Source: an uncultured Methanoregulaceae archaeon
Lineage (GTDB): Archaea > Halobacteriota > Methanomicrobia > Methanomicrobiales > Methanospirillaceae
Direction of reading: 5' to 3'
Assembly: GCA_963705255.1 (NCBI GenBank)
Contig: OY970061.1
Span: 896,001-960,000, forward strand
DNA: 64,000 nt
The notes beneath the pieces were generated by a model. The model was not told where the DNA came from and searched no databases. It was given only the letters and a program-made list of their open reading frames with translations. Made by a program: the position numbers and the translations under genes. Of the stretch, positions 23,353 through 35,679 are shown piece by piece; the stretch's first letter is position 1, and each line of letters starts with the position of its first letter.

Positions 23353-24521
23353 ATGATCACCCTGGCTCTTGCAGGAAAACCCAACTGCGGAAAATCGACC
23401 TTTTTCAAGGCAGCCACGATGGCAAATGCTGAGATCGCCAATTACCCCTTCACCACCATCAACCCGAATTTCGGTGTTGGCTATGTGCGGACGAAGTGCG
23501 CGTGTTCTGACCTGAAAGTAAAATGCAGCCACTGTATTGACGGTTCCCGCTTCGTGCCGGTGAACCTTATCGATGTCGCAGGGCTCGTACCCGATGCGCA
23601 CAAAGGCAAAGGTCTTGGCAACCAGTTCCTCGACCACCTCCGGCAGGTCGATGCGATCCTCCACATCATCGATGCGAGCGGCGGGACTGACAGCGAAGGA
23701 AACCCGGTCAGCGTGGGAAACCATGATCCTGAAGAGGACATCAAGTTCCTCATCTTTGAGATGACGATGTGGGCTCATGGTATCCTTGGCAAACATTGGA
23801 CGAGAATAAGCCGGCAATCACAGGGGAAGGGCGCTGCCATTCAGCAGGGGATCGCTGAGACGTTCACCGGCCTCGGGATCACCACTGAAGATGTGCGCGA
23901 TGTGGAGCTGAAACTGAAGATCGATCTCGTCCATGCATCGATTGAGGATCTCATCCCTCTCTGCGCGGAGATGATAAAAATATCAAAACCGATGCTGGTC
24001 GTCGGCAACAAGGTCGACGAGACCCCCGGGGCACTGCGCACCCGGCTCGCTGCAGCCCGCGTCGTGTTTGCAAGCGCGGCATCCGAACTGGCGTTGCGGA
24101 ACGCCGCAGCAGCGCACGTGATCCAGTACCTTCCCGGAGACCCGGAGTTCAGGATCGCAAACGAAGGTTCTCTCTTCCGGCCCAGAAAGCCGGCCTTGCA
24201 AAGATCGCGGAAGTGATGAAACAGGGCAACGGAACCGGTGTACAACAGGCCATCAACCAGGCAGTATTCGATCTGCTTGACATGATTGTCGTCTACCCGG
24301 TAGAAGACGAGAACCACTACTGCAACAAACAGGGAGACGTGCTGCCGGATGCTTTCCTGATGAAGAACGGTTCAACGCCCCATGATCTGGCTTTCCAGGT
24401 GCATACGGACATAGGAAAGGGATTTCTCTATGCGGTTGACGCCAGGACTAAGATGCGGATCAAGGAGAACCACGTGCTTCGGAACGGGGATATCATCAAA
24501 ATTGTCAGTGTGGCAAAGTAA
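23353..24521 (+). CDS. ychF: YchF/OBG-family ATPase with TGS domain (frameshift near 24175)
   Basis: GKPNCGKST, ANYPFTTI, DVAGLV, GLGNQFL, NKVD; the second ORF has LPDAFL, HTDIG and GDIIKIV. Confidence 0.93.
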
Positions 24522-24709
24522 ATGCGGCACGGTTAATAGTCTGGTATGACGATTGTCATCTTATTGTCTGACAATGCGGCCGCACTTTTTGAAAATCTCT
24601 GATTTTATGGGATTTTTTACCGGGAAAACCCTCCTTTTTCCACAAAGTTTATCATGGGATAATGTGAACAGAGGATTTACCGAGAACCAAGACGGCAGGA
24701 GGTGGATTC

Positions 24710-25030
24710 ATGGGTGGGGATATTTATCAGGCACAGGTTATCAGGAATTTCTTTGACTGCATCACCGGGACGGACAGGAACCTGACCCGGATCTATATGT
24801 GTGTCATGAGCCTTGCCAAACTCCGCATGGAGCCTCCCGAAAAGATGGCTGCCCTGGTCGACCAGTTGCGCAAGAGCAAGATCCAGAAGGAACTCTCTGT
24901 TGACATCCTCGATTACATGTGCGATGCTGCAAACCAGCTGGAACTCAGCACGGTCCAGACCGCGTTTGGTGTCAAGGACATCCGGGAAGTGGCACAGGAC
25001 TTTACCGGCATCAGCATGGACAGCCTCTGA
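24710..25030 (+). CDS. Hypothetical protein
   Basis: 106-aa ORF preceded by a GGAGGTG ribosome-binding site; coding-like composition. Confidence 0.8.
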   Translation: MGGDIYQAQVIRNFFDCITGTDRNLTRIYMCVMSLAKLRMEPPEKMAALVDQLRKSKIQKELSVDILDYMCDAANQLELSTVQTAFGVKDIREVAQDFTGISMDSL

Positions 25031-25123
25031 GCGGGCTGTCCTCAATCTCCTTTTTCTCACTCCATGGGGATTTTCAAAAATAGAGTGTTGATCATCGGGC
25101 CCGACTAAGACGCGGGATAACGA

Positions 25124-25597
25124 TCAATCGAAACCCATTGCTTTCTTGTAATCCGTGAGGAGTCTTACAATCAGTTTCCGGTGCTCTCCCATGGTTTCTT
25201 CATCGTCCGGAGAGGTGAGGAGTGCCACTACGTAAACGAGGATGAGAGCATTGTCCAGTTCGAATGTCCCAGGGTCTTCAACCTTCTCGGCCGGCAGGTC
25301 GATAGCTATGTATCTGCGCTCTTCCGGGGAAAATGCGATTGAGAGATCGGGTGTTACCCGGGACCTGGTGCGGTCATCTGCATTCGCCCTGACTATGGCG
25401 AGTGCCTTTTTCAGTGCCGCATTGGGTCCGCTTTCAGGAATCACTGCAATGGCGTGAGTGCATTCCCGGACCGCATTTTCATAAAGACCGAATTTGAAAG
25501 CAAGGAATGCGGATGCGATCTCGTGGGCGGTTGAGGACGGAAAACCCGGGAACTGGAGTCGCAGGCGTTCTAGATAGGCATCAAGAAATTTTTCCAT
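25124..25597 (-). CDS. Hypothetical helical protein
   Basis: About 157-aa ORF with GGAGG upstream of the ATG. Confidence 0.75.
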   Translation of the reverse strand: MEKFLDAYLERLRLQFPGFPSSTAHEIASAFLAFKFGLYENAVRECTHAIAVIPESGPNAALKKALAIVRANADDRTRSRVTPDLSIAFSPEERRYIAIDLPAEKVEDPGTFELDNALILVYVVALLTSPDDEETMGEHRKLIVRLLTDYKKAMGFD

Positions 25598-25826
25598 CAG
25601 GACATATCCTCCTGTGAGTGAGCTCACCAGAACTGCTGGACTTCTCTGGTAGTTCCACAGATTCTGAAATCTGGAAATAACCCGAATGCGCCCTGGTTCT
25701 GACGTTCAGATAGTACCTTGGAAGCAGTGCCACATGAACGTATCCTTATGCCTGCAGTCGGATATATTGAACTCAGGGTATCAATGGTTTATAAGAGAAA
25801 GAAGCACCAATATTCCCGCTATCGGT

Positions 25827-26588
25827 ATGGGTGCAGTAATTTTTTCTGATGTGCACTCCGATGCAGACGCTATCGGGGCACTTGCTTCGTGCATCGGGTC
25901 TCCGTTCTTCCGGCAGGAGTTTGGCCCGGTCGACGTTCTTATAAACCTGGGAGACCTCCTTCACCGGGGAAGCCAGCCTCAGGAAACCCTGGAAAAGATC
26001 CACACTCTTTCCCACGAGTACCGGCTCATTTCAATCCTTGGTAACCATGATCACGCATTTATCCACGGCATCCTGGTGAGCGGCAGTGATGCGGCGAGCA
26101 CCTACCGCCACGAGCAGCTGCGCGACTCCCCCCTTCTCTCTCTATTCGACGCGATGCCCATGGAATGGGCAGACCGCGGCATGCTCTTTGTCCATGGAGG
26201 TCCGCTTGAACTCGGCAACCAAACCCTCAGACTCAAGTGCTGGCAGCGGCTCTCCCACGAGAGCGGTGACTTTTTTACCGGGTACCATTATACGGCGCCG
26301 ATGGCATTCGAAGCTCTTGAGAAAAGGGGCCTTACCCATATGTGCTGCGGGCACCAGCACGAGCATATCTGTTGCAGAAAAACTGCGAATGGTATTGTAC
26401 AGCACGAGCTTAAATTCAGACTGTTGAGCGGGGAGATCGAACCGGGCAATATCAGGCTTGAAGCAGCGCGTGTACCCCTCGACTACCCGACGCTCTTCCG
26501 TGTCGGAGGCTGTCACGGCTATGCACCAGAATTTGCATACACCGATTTCTCTGCATTCTCCTTCATCCGGATTCTGCTCCCTGCATAA
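25827..26588 (+). CDS. Calcineurin-like metallophosphoesterase
   Basis: SDVH, NLGD, GNHD, VHG and GHQH motifs. Confidence 0.9.
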   Translation: MGAVIFSDVHSDADAIGALASCIGSPFFRQEFGPVDVLINLGDLLHRGSQPQETLEKIHTLSHEYRLISILGNHDHAFIHGILVSGSDAASTYRHEQLRDSPLLSLFDAMPMEWADRGMLFVHGGPLELGNQTLRLKCWQRLSHESGDFFTGYHYTAPMAFEALEKRGLTHMCCGHQHEHICCRKTANGIVQHELKFRLLSGEIEPGNIRLEAARVPLDYPTLFRVGGCHGYAPEFAYTDFSAFSFIRILLPA

Positions 26589-26747
26589 ATTCCGGGCCTG
26601 ATACTGTTGCCCTAGACCGTCTTTTATCTTGGATAAAGATCTGGTTCTCCGCAATTTTTGCCCGGTTTGTGCTCTGCATATAAAACCAAAGGCATTTTTT
26701 CCCTTTTTCGCGATATATTTATATTATGTAACCACAAAGTGGTTATT

Positions 26748-27105
26748 ATGCCTCGTGCAGGCGAGGGACGTTCGATACGAATCGATCCTGAGGTGTATGA
26801 GGCGCTTCTCACGCTGAAACGTGGGAATATGACGTTTTCCGACGTCATCGCGCAGATGCTCCGTGAATGCTACGGGTGGTCGGACGAATTTTCGGCCAGC
26901 CAGCGTGAGCTTGAGGATTTTATCGAAATCCATCCACGATAATCCCTTTGGCTTCATCACGGATCCTGCAAAAGACCAAACGGTGTCTGATCCGATGAAA
27001 TTGGTGCTTACCGAAGATATCAACCAAGACCGGCTCAACTGGCTTGTCGAACGAGTGGACGAGATGTTTTCGGAAGATGATGATGATGAGAACGATACCT
27101 TATAA
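26748..27105 (+). CDS. DUF217/VapB-like DNA-binding protein with acidic tail (probable frameshift near 26928)
   Basis: SIRIDPEVYEALLTLKRGNMTFSDVI is a ribbon-helix-helix antitoxin-like N-terminus; the overlapping frame continues to ...EDDDDENDTL*. Confidence 0.65.
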
Positions 27106-27129
27106 CCACAAAATGCCGACCCGTTCCCC

Positions 27130-28420
27130 TCACGCTGGCCCTTGGCAATTAACCTGAAGTTGCACGTTCTCCCCAGCAATCTCTCCAATTTTTATGCGCA
27201 GTTCCTCTACAAGTACCGGGATCTTCTCTCCGCTCTTCAGTCTCCAGTCTACCAGTTCCTTAAGCGACTGTTTCTCTTTTGACAGTCTCGATTCCAGCTG
27301 GTGCCGTTCGCGTTCGAGCGAATTCACCCGGATGAGAACAGGGTGTACGATCAGGGATTCCTGGGCAGCGGCACACGCGTCCTCACGGGCCCTGAGTTCC
27401 CTGCACATCATAATCATCTCCTGGCAAAACCGAGAGGTATCGGAAAAAATTGAGTACTCTTCCTTGTTTTTCAGCACAATTTCCCCGCTGCCGATCATCC
27501 GTTCAGCTATCGGGCATGCAGCAGTGAGCAGGGCGGTCAGTTCCTGCGGATCCGGCATGGCATGATCCGAGAGGAGTTCCATGGCATGCCGGAGAGGCTG
27601 AAACTTCGGGCGAGTGCTTCTGTCTGACCGCAATTTTTTCGGCTTTGCGGAATACATGGGACGCGGTCATGGAGAGAGCAGCATAGGAACGTACCCTATC
27701 ATCGCGTTCCCGTTCCTTGGCTGCAAGCGCGGACCTCAGCCCCGAAATCTCTTTCATCTGTTCATCGGAACAAAGGAGACTTGTCTCGTTCCCGATTTTC
27801 GTCATGCGATCCGTTATCTCTGTAATGCGTCCGATAATGCGCTGCTCTTTTTCAGCTGATTTTGCATAATCCGCTTTGAGATCTCTGACTGCATCGTACA
27901 ATTCCCTCACAATTTTTTCCCTGTCGAGCTCTTTCCGGTACCGCCCGAGGGAATCGGTGAGGCCGTTAATCTCCCGCCCCATCGCATCAATACCGGTTCT
28001 GACCGATTTCATTTCATCGGGAAAGACGACCTGGAGATACCTTCCCTGTCCCCGCGTACTGTTCAGGCACCCTTTCACGCATTCGACTGCTGCAGAGTAA
28101 AATTCGTTTATCTCGTCCGGTAATTCTTTTGCCAGGGACGCGTTCATTGCCCTGACAAAGAGGGGAAGGGAGTTCTTTGCGATACTCTTGAGTTTCGGGT
28201 GAATTTTTGGATCGTGCTCGGAACCGGCGATGCTGTTCACGATGTGCTGCAGCTGTGCCGCTGCGTTCCGGATGTTCCGGACAGGCATTGTTGTTTCGGA
28301 TTCAAGTGTGGACAGTGCCGACTCCCTGCGGGCGTCAAGCCATTCCGGAATAGAGTCAAAGGAGATGAGGGTCGGTTCCTGTTCTTTTCTGCTCAGGATC
28401 TTTTTCAGAAAATCATGCAT
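27130..28420 (-). CDS. Hypothetical coiled-coil protein (frameshift near 27600)
   Basis: Two overlapping helical, charged ORFs (27503..28429 and 27130..27657) join. Confidence 0.75.
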
Positions 28421-28471
28421 ACGATGCACCAGATAGACGTTTTATGGTCTTGGCGGCTGCCACAGGGACGG

Positions 28472-28978
28472 TTAGTCATTTCGGGCAATCTGGAGGAGCC
28501 GTTCTTTTCCTTTGATCTCTCTGAGCACCCGGACGACCGGTTGCGGGATAAGCTCCTCCCATGGTTCACCGGCAAGCATCCGGCGCCGGATCTCGGTTCC
28601 GCTCAGGGTCTGGCGCTCATACAATGCAGGTGACTGGACTTTGATGCCCGACTCCCTGAAGAGCTGGATGACGAGGGGGTTTGAAGAGTAACAGGTCTCA
28701 AACGGCGGGGCCATCGAACGGACATGGGCCACCCAGAGGGCGTTGCGCTGGATGTCCTCAATCGGGATGACATAGAACGGGCATTCCAGGGAAGCGAGCG
28801 CCCGGGTTATCATCAGGACGCGCTCACCGGCGGTAAATGGGTTGTCAACCTGGTGGGAGAGCTGTGCGCTGCCGATCCCGATGATGATCTCGTCAACTTT
28901 TCCTGCGATATGTTCGAGCACGGACTGGTGCCCGTTATGGTAGGGCTGGAACCTCCCGATATAAAATCCCCGTTTCAT
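28472..28978 (-). CDS. nadM: Nicotinamide-nucleotide adenylyltransferase
   Basis: [28 protein letters not shown]. Confidence 0.95.
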   Translation of the reverse strand: MKRGFYIGRFQPYHNGHQSVLEHIAGKVDEIIIGIGSAQLSHQVDNPFTAGERVLMITRALASLECPFYVIPIEDIQRNALWVAHVRSMAPPFETCYSSNPLVIQLFRESGIKVQSPALYERQTLSGTEIRRRMLAGEPWEELIPQPVVRVLREIKGKERLLQIARND

Positions 28979-29752
28979 GGATGCACTCCCATATTTGCGA
29001 TCCGGGCAGCAAAGGCACCGGCGGTGAACCCGGCGTCAATGTTCACAACGGCTATGACCGAGCACGACTGGAGCATGCTGGCAAGAGTCTGCTTTCCCCT
29101 CCCCCATGTAACCATAGCCGACACTCACAGGGAGACCGATTACCGGCTTGTCGACCAGCCCGGCAACAACAGCCGGCAGGGTCCCCTCCCTCCCCGCGCA
29201 GACTACGAAGACGTTGGCTGCAAGTACGGACTTGAGCGCAGGGAACAGGCGGTGGATGCCGGCTGCCCCTACATCATAGGCAGTCCGTACCTCACACCCC
29301 ATCTCTTCAGCAATAATCCTGGCCTCCTCAGCGACCCGGATATCAGAGGTGCCGGCGGTGATGATCGCTACAACTCCTCCTGTCTTCGCGGGTGCCGGCC
29401 CATTTCCCATGATGAGGACCCCCCCGGTATTGCGGTATTCTGCTGCTATGCCCTTCTTCGTCGCGGATTCCCGTACTCGTTCAGCCTGATCGGGACTGAT
29501 GCGCGTGATGATACAGCGCCCCGCTGCCTCCGCATGGCGAATGGCAATCTCTGCGAGATGGGCCGGGTCTTTTCCGTCAGCAAGAACCACTTCGGGCATA
29601 CCGCAGCGTATGCTCCGCCCGAGGTCAATACAGGCAAAATCCCCGATGCGGTCGAGGCGCAGCCCTTCAATGGCCTCGGCCGCCGAATCGAGGGAGATCG
29701 CGCCCTCCTTATATTTCCTAAGGAGATCCTGTAACGCCGAGTTTGCCTGCAT
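28975..29752 (-). CDS. larB: Nickel pincer cofactor biosynthesis protein LarB (frameshift near 29090)
   Basis: [40 protein letters not shown]; the other frame continues [20 protein letters not shown] overlap with nadM. Confidence 0.92.
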
Positions 29753-29803
29753 GGTTGTAATAATACAGATATGGAACAGCGTATAATAAGTTAGTTCATT
29801 GCC

Positions 29804-30124
29804 ATGTCGTACCTTCTCTATGTTGCCCTGTTCGGGACTGCAGCCACGATCTTTCTCTGGCTGAGGGACGCGCGGATATTTTTCAGGACGGGGCTTCCGG
29901 GATACCGCTCGGCTGCTTACTGGGGTGTTGCCTATGGCGCGCTCGCGACCCTTGGTTTTCAAGTGGCATTCTTCGCTCCCGATTTTGAACTTCTCGGCCT
30001 TGGCTTGATTCTTGCGGCGATGTATCTCCTTGTCAACCGGAAAAAGGAGAAGATATGGAAAGATGAAGGCACCCTGCAACGGCTTCTTGGCAGTGTGCCG
30101 CCCGGAAGGGTGAATAAGAAATAA
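29804..30124 (+). CDS. Small membrane protein
   Basis: 106 aa, three hydrophobic segments; first gene of the hisS-top6 operon. Confidence 0.75.
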   Translation: MSYLLYVALFGTAATIFLWLRDARIFFRTGLPGYRSAAYWGVAYGALATLGFQVAFFAPDFELLGLGLILAAMYLLVNRKKEKIWKDEGTLQRLLGSVPPGRVNKK

Positions 30125-30161
30125 TGTGATGCGAACGGTCCTGAATAAGGACTTTACAACC

Positions 30162-31394
30162 ATGCTCCAGAAACCACGAGGCACGAGAGATTTTTTACCG
30201 GATGAGATGGAAGCGCGGCGCGCCACGGAATGGCGCATGCGGGAAGTTGCTCGCCGCTGGGGCTACCGGGAAGTCTGTACTCCGGAGTTCGAGGACCTTG
30301 AGCTCTTCACCATGCGGTCTGGCGAGGGAATCGTTGAAGAGATGTATGTTTTTGAAGACAAAGGCGGCCGTAAGCTTGCCCTGCGCCCGGAGATCACTGC
30401 AGCGGTCGTACGCATGTACATCAATGAGGCAAAGGTTGCGCCAAAACCCCTGCGCTGGTGTTATTTCGCCGATTGCTTCAGGTACGAGCGGCCGCAGAAA
30501 GGGCGGTACCGCCAGTTCTGGCAGTTTGGTGTGGAACTCATCGGCGCTGATACCGCGGCCGCTGATGCGGAAGTGATCATGCTTGCTGCTGACATGCTGA
30601 ATGCAACCGGCGTGCGGTACGAGCTGAAAGTCGGCCATCTCTCGTTCATGAAAAATCTTCTTTTGGATCTTGAGCCTCCGGCACAGCGCAGGGTCATGGC
30701 GCATCTCGACAAGAAAGATTTCGACGGGCTCATAGCCACACTCCATACCATGGAAAAGCCGGATCTCGCGGATTCACTCGTAGCCCTTATCGGGAGCGGG
30801 GACCTTGCCGATGCCTTCGAGATTGCAGGGCAGGTTCCAGGGAAAGATCGGATCGAACAGACCATTTCTACTCTCGATGCAGCGGGTGTGAGGTACTCGC
30901 TCAACTTCGGGATCGCGAGAGGCCTGGACTATTATACCGGTACTGTTTTTGAAGGGTTTGCCGATAACCTCGGGGCTGAAAACCAGATCCTTGGCGGAGG
31001 GACATATCGCCTTGCCCATCTCTTCGGCGGGGACGATACTGCCTCCTGCGGGTTTGCCATAGGTTTTGACCGCGTAATGGTCTCCCTTGGGGAGGTCCGG
31101 CAGAAAAAAGATACGGTTATCAGTATCGTCTGCACAGAAGACGGGCGAAAACGTGCCCTCGAAGTCGCCCGCGCATTCCGCGACTCCGGTATCCGAACCG
31201 AGATGGATCTCATGGAACGCGGTCTCGGAGCCCAGCTTGCCCATGCCTCGAAATCCGCGGACTTCGCGATTGTCATCGGGAAGCGTGAAGTGGAATCCGG
31301 GGAGGTGACGCTCAAGGATCTGAAGTCCGGTGAGCAGAAGACGATCGGGTTAAAAGCTGCGATTGCCGGGGTGGTTGCGCTTGGCTCTCGCTGA
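30162..31394 (+). CDS. hisS: Histidine--tRNA ligase
   Basis: PRGTRD, LRPE.T, FRYERPQKGRYRQF.Q, RGLDYYTG, GGG.Y, GFAIG.DR. Confidence 0.98.
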   Translation: MLQKPRGTRDFLPDEMEARRATEWRMREVARRWGYREVCTPEFEDLELFTMRSGEGIVEEMYVFEDKGGRKLALRPEITAAVVRMYINEAKVAPKPLRWCYFADCFRYERPQKGRYRQFWQFGVELIGADTAAADAEVIMLAADMLNATGVRYELKVGHLSFMKNLLLDLEPPAQRRVMAHLDKKDFDGLIATLHTMEKPDLADSLVALIGSGDLADAFEIAGQVPGKDRIEQTISTLDAAGVRYSLNFGIARGLDYYTGTVFEGFADNLGAENQILGGGTYRLAHLFGGDDTASCGFAIGFDRVMVSLGEVRQKKDTVISIVCTEDGRKRALEVARAFRDSGIRTEMDLMERGLGAQLAHASKSADFAIVIGKREVESGEVTLKDLKSGEQKTIGLKAAIAGVVALGSR

Positions 31395-33183
31395 CGAGCT
31401 CGCCAAACAGCAGCGCAGCATCAGTGTTGCAGAATTTTTTGAAAAGAACAAGCATCTCCTTGGTTTTGACTCTCCCACGCGGGGGGTTATCACCACCATC
31501 AAGGAGGCCGTGGACAATGCACTGGATGCCTGTGAAGAGGCGCAGGTGCTCCCGGATATTTTCATCAGCATAAAAAAGACCGGTCCCGATATTTTCCGTA
31601 TTATTGTTGAGGACAACGGGCCTGGTATCATAGCAGCGCAGGTCCCGTATGTGTTTGGCAAACTCCTCTACGGGTCGCGGTTCCACCAGATCCGGCAGAC
31701 CCGGGGACAGCAGGGTATAGGTATCTCTGCCGCAGTGCTGTATGCGCAGCTGACCAGCGGCCTTCCGACTGTGGTCATATCCCGCACCGGTGCCAAAGAA
31801 CCGGCCCACCGGTTTGAGATCCAGATCAGGATCGAGACGAACGAGCCGGATATCATCTCCGAGCAGCCCTTTGATTGGGACCGCACTCATGGCACGCGGG
31901 TGCAGATCGAGTTCAAGAGTACCATGTCGGCAAAGAAGAAGCTGCTCGAATATCTCCGGTACACATCCGTAGTCAACCCCCATGCCCGGTTCCGGGTCGA
32001 ACTGGATGACGAATCGTTCACGTTCGAGCGTGTGAGCCAGGAAGTGATTGCCTGCCCGTTGGCAATACAACCGCACCCCCACGGGATCGAGTTTGGCCAG
32101 CTCAAGCGGATGGTGGCGGCAAGCGACCAGAAACTGGCTGATTTTCTCGTTGAAAATTTCAGCCGGGTCGGGAAAAAGACGGCGCAGGAGATGGGTGAAC
32201 GGGCCGGACTCAAAAGTACGGTAAAAGCAAACGGTCTTTCCATGGACGAACTCAAGTCCCTTCTGTCCGCCATGCAGGCAGTCGCCGTCCCCGCCCCTCC
32301 AACCTCCCAGTGCCTCTCCCCTATCGGAGAAGAGTTGATCCGACGAGGACTGGACAAGGAGTTCCAGATGGATTTTGTCGCTGCCCGGACCCGCCCGAGT
32401 TCGGTCTTTTCCGGTCACCCGTTCATGGTCGAGGCGGCGATCGGGTACGGGGAAAACTCCCGGTTGAAGGCAATGCCATCCTCCTCCGGTTTGCCAACCG
32501 GGTCCCGCTCATGTACCAGCAGGGGGCCTGTGCCATCACTGAGTGCGTCACGAATGTCAACTGGAAATTATATAACATCACGCAGCAGGGACTTCCGGTT
32601 CGGACCGGTCCTGATCCTGGTCCATGTGGCATCAACAAATGTCCCGTTTACCAGCGAAAGCAAGGACGCCATTGCCAGTATCCCGGAAATTGAGAAGGAG
32701 ATCGTCCTCGTCCTCCAGGACCTTGGCCGCGAACTCAAGAACTTTGTCTCGCGCAGGGACAAAAACAAACAGGCCGAAGACCGAGCCCGGGCTGTCTGTG
32801 CTATCATTCCCGAGATCGCCTCGAAAGTCAGCGAGATTGTTGAAAAACCGGTTGTCGACACAACACCTATCGAGGGAAAACTCATGCGCAAGATGATTGC
32901 CAAGAAATCGTCCCGCGACGGAAAGGTTACGATCGAACTCGCCAACTATAGCGGGTATGATGGTGAGATCTCATTGTATGATATATCCGCTGATCCTGCT
33001 GTCGATGCCGTTCCCAAAGCGGATTTTGTGAGCGAGATTGACGGCCAGTTCACCAAAGTCTGGAAAGTAACTGTTCCGTCAAAAGAGGTATGGCGGGCAA
33101 TCTATACCGGGAAAGGCGGAGGCCTGCTGGATATACGCGGGATAGATGATTCCCGGAAGATGGTGGTGGACCTCGATGTCTAG
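31381..33183 (+). CDS. top6B: DNA topoisomerase VI subunit B (two compensating frameshifts near 32450 and 32600)
   Basis: SVAEFFEKNKHLLGF, EAVDNALDA, DNGPG, RGQQGIG, VPFTSESKD. The conserved LLRFANRVPL segment lies in the alternative frame. Confidence 0.96.
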   Translation: MALADELAKQQRSISVAEFFEKNKHLLGFDSPTRGVITTIKEAVDNALDACEEAQVLPDIFISIKKTGPDIFRIIVEDNGPGIIAAQVPYVFGKLLYGSRFHQIRQTRGQQGIGISAAVLYAQLTSGLPTVVISRTGAKEPAHRFEIQIRIETNEPDIISEQPFDWDRTHGTRVQIEFKSTMSAKKKLLEYLRYTSVVNPHARFRVELDDESFTFERVSQEVIACPLAIQPHPHGIEFGQLKRMVAASDQKLADFLVENFSRVGKKTAQEMGERAGLKSTVKANGLSMDELKSLLSAMQAVAVPAPPTSQCLSPIGEELIRRGLDKEFQMDFVAARTRPSSVFSGHPFMVEAAIGYGENSRLKAMPSSSGLPTGSRSCTSRGPVPSLSASRMSTGNYITSRSRDFRFGPVLILVHVASTNVPFTSESKDAIASIPEIEKEIVLVLQDLGRELKNFVSRRDKNKQAEDRARAVCAIIPEIASKVSEIVEKPVVDTTPIEGKLMRKMIAKKSSRDGKVTIELANYSGYDGEISLYDISADPAVDAVPKADFVSEIDGQFTKVWKVTVPSKEVWRAIYTGKGGGLLDIRGIDDSRKMVVDLDV

Positions 33184-34264
33184 GGAAGAACTTGAGAAGA
33201 AGTCAATGGCAGCCCTGCTCGGGATTGCCAGTGCTTGGTATGATCAAATGAAGACCGGGGAGATCCCCTCAATCTCGCTCCCGACCCGGACGAAATACAA
33301 TATTGAGTTCGATGATGCAAGCGAGGTATGGAAATATGGTGACCGGGAGAGCATGCGCACGGCCGCTTCAGCCAAGAGCGCCACGCACCTCCTGAAGATG
33401 GCGTATGTGATCGGGTTTATCAAGCAGCAGCTGACCGAGAACCGGTCTTCGACCCTGAGAGAGATGTATTATATCTCGGAAGGGTGGAAGCGCGCAAAAT
33501 TCAGCGCCCAGGACGAGAGCAACTTCCTGATCGAAGACCTCGAGATCCTCTCGGAAGTCCCCCGCGAGGGGTTCCACCTCCACCCCGAAGAGAACGGCGC
33601 GTCCATCTATGGCCCGATGCGGATCCGGGAAGAGACGCGTCGCGGGATGAAGACGATCCATTGCCAGGACGATGTCGGGCAGGCGGGGTATACAATTCCC
33701 AACAATGTGGAGAATATCGAATTTGTTGATCACGATGCAAAGTTCGTTATCGCTATTGAGACGGGTGGTATGTACGACCGTCTCATCGAGAACGGATTTG
33801 ATGAAGAGTTCAACGCGATTCTCGTGCACCTGAAAGGACAACCGGCGCGTTCGACCCGCCGCATGCTCAACAGGATAAGTTCGACTTGGGATCTTCCCGT
33901 GCTCGTTTTCACCGATGGCGATCCATGGTCGTACCGCATTTTTGCGTCCGTTGCTTATGGTGCTATCAAGAGCGCACACATGTCGGAACTTCTGGCCACT
34001 CCTAGATCGCAGTTCCTTGGCCTGCAGCCGAGCGATATCCGGGACTACAACCTTCCTTCCGACAAGCTGACCGAAAAAGATGTGGAGGCACTCAATGCCG
34101 AGCTGACAGACCCCCGTTTTGCCACGGACTACTGGAAAAAACAGATCAGCCTTCAGATCGACATGGGGCTGAAGTCAGAACAGCAGGCATTTGCAGCACG
34201 CGGGCTTGACTTTGTGACGAAGAAGTATCTGCCGGAAAGGCTTAGTGAGATGGGGATAATCTAG
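33176..34264 (+). CDS. top6A: DNA topoisomerase VI subunit A
   Basis: [39 protein letters not shown]. Confidence 0.97.
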   Translation: MSREELEKKSMAALLGIASAWYDQMKTGEIPSISLPTRTKYNIEFDDASEVWKYGDRESMRTAASAKSATHLLKMAYVIGFIKQQLTENRSSTLREMYYISEGWKRAKFSAQDESNFLIEDLEILSEVPREGFHLHPEENGASIYGPMRIREETRRGMKTIHCQDDVGQAGYTIPNNVENIEFVDHDAKFVIAIETGGMYDRLIENGFDEEFNAILVHLKGQPARSTRRMLNRISSTWDLPVLVFTDGDPWSYRIFASVAYGAIKSAHMSELLATPRSQFLGLQPSDIRDYNLPSDKLTEKDVEALNAELTDPRFATDYWKKQISLQIDMGLKSEQQAFAARGLDFVTKKYLPERLSEMGII

Positions 34265-34270
34265 GTTATT

Positions 34271-35679
34271 ATGAGTATCGGGGTGTGCTATCCGGACAAA
34301 TATGCTGTTGAAGAGGCATTCCAGCTCCTCAAGGTGCCGTGGGACTGGTATGTGCCCGGACAGCAGTACGATGTCGTGATTGCCCGCAAAGCTGAAGTAC
34401 CGGGCTGCACGGAAAACCTCATCGATCTAACGGGCAATGACATTTTTAAAAAAATCAGCGATCTGCTCACGACCGGTCAGCCCCATCTCCACGAACCGGT
34501 GTGCGATCTCCTGATTGACGCTCTCCGGCAGGAACTGAAAAAATACACGATCCTTGTGGAGATCCCTCCCGCGCCATGGGGGCACCCCTACATGGTGGCC
34601 CTTACTCATGACGTTGATATCACTTCCGTCAGGGAATGCCGTATTCTCACGGTGGGCTATGCGGCATACCAGTGTTTTAAACAAGGGAATTTCCGTGCCG
34701 GCTTTAACCTGTTTTGTGCCAAGTGCGGGATTGGACCGGATCCCTGGTCACTCTTTGAACACTGGAAGACCCTTGAGAATCGGCTTGATGTTCGTTCAAC
34801 TTTCTTTTTCGTACCCCAAAAGGATGACCCGGGCGTGCGGGCGCACCCGTACCGGGCGGTCGTGTATGACATTAAAGAGAAAACGGATTTACGGCGCGAT
34901 CTGGATCATGGCGGATGGGAAGCCGGTGTTCACGGCATTGATAATTGGGCTGACGCACAACGCGGAAGACAGGAGATGGCAGCACTTGGGCTTGAGGGAA
35001 AGACGCCCGGCAACCGGACGCACTGGCTCCTTTTTGACCAGAACAGCTGGAAGGTACTGGATGAAGCGGGGTACTCGTACGACACAACATTCGGGTACAA
35101 TGACGATGCCGGTTTCCGTGCGGGTACCCTGCAGGTATACCGGCCGCGCACTGCACAGACCCTCCTGGAACTCCCGCTCCACATCCAGGACCTCGGGCTC
35201 GTTGGGAAATTCTGCTGGGCGCCCACTGACAATGGCTGGGTGAAAACACCGTGCATGCATCTCGATGAGCACGCGGCACGCATGTACTGTGACCGTATTT
35301 TTGATTATGCAAAAAAATTGGGGGGGCTGTGACGATACTCTGGCACTACGAGAACCTGACACCGCCACGGGACTGGTCCGGGCTCTACGCGGAACTGGTG
35401 AAAAGTGCCCAAGCTGACGATGCATGGGTGACGACTGCAGGAGCGGTGGTGGAGTGGTTTAAAGACCGGAGACGAGTCAAGATAAGCTGTAAAAATGAGA
35501 GAGACAGGCTCACCATCTCTGCGGAGGGTGGTCCCCCTCCCGGTTCTGTACCTCCATTAATGGTGAGAATACACAATCCTAATAATCGACAAATAAGCGT
35601 AAATACTGAATCAGACCCAAGGAGAGAGTATATCGACATCAAACTGAACATGAAGACAATTACGGTATTATTCTCATGA
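34271..35679 (+). CDS. Polysaccharide deacetylase-like protein (frameshift at G-run near 35320)
   Basis: LTHDVD, STFFF, EAGVHG, RTHWL, YDTT.G, LELPLHIQD, then TILWH in the next frame. Confidence 0.85.

Noticed and set aside
35311-35326. Phase-variable A7/G7 tract in the deacetylase gene
   Set aside because: Short run, indistinguishable from the many homopolymer indels elsewhere, including those in essential genes.
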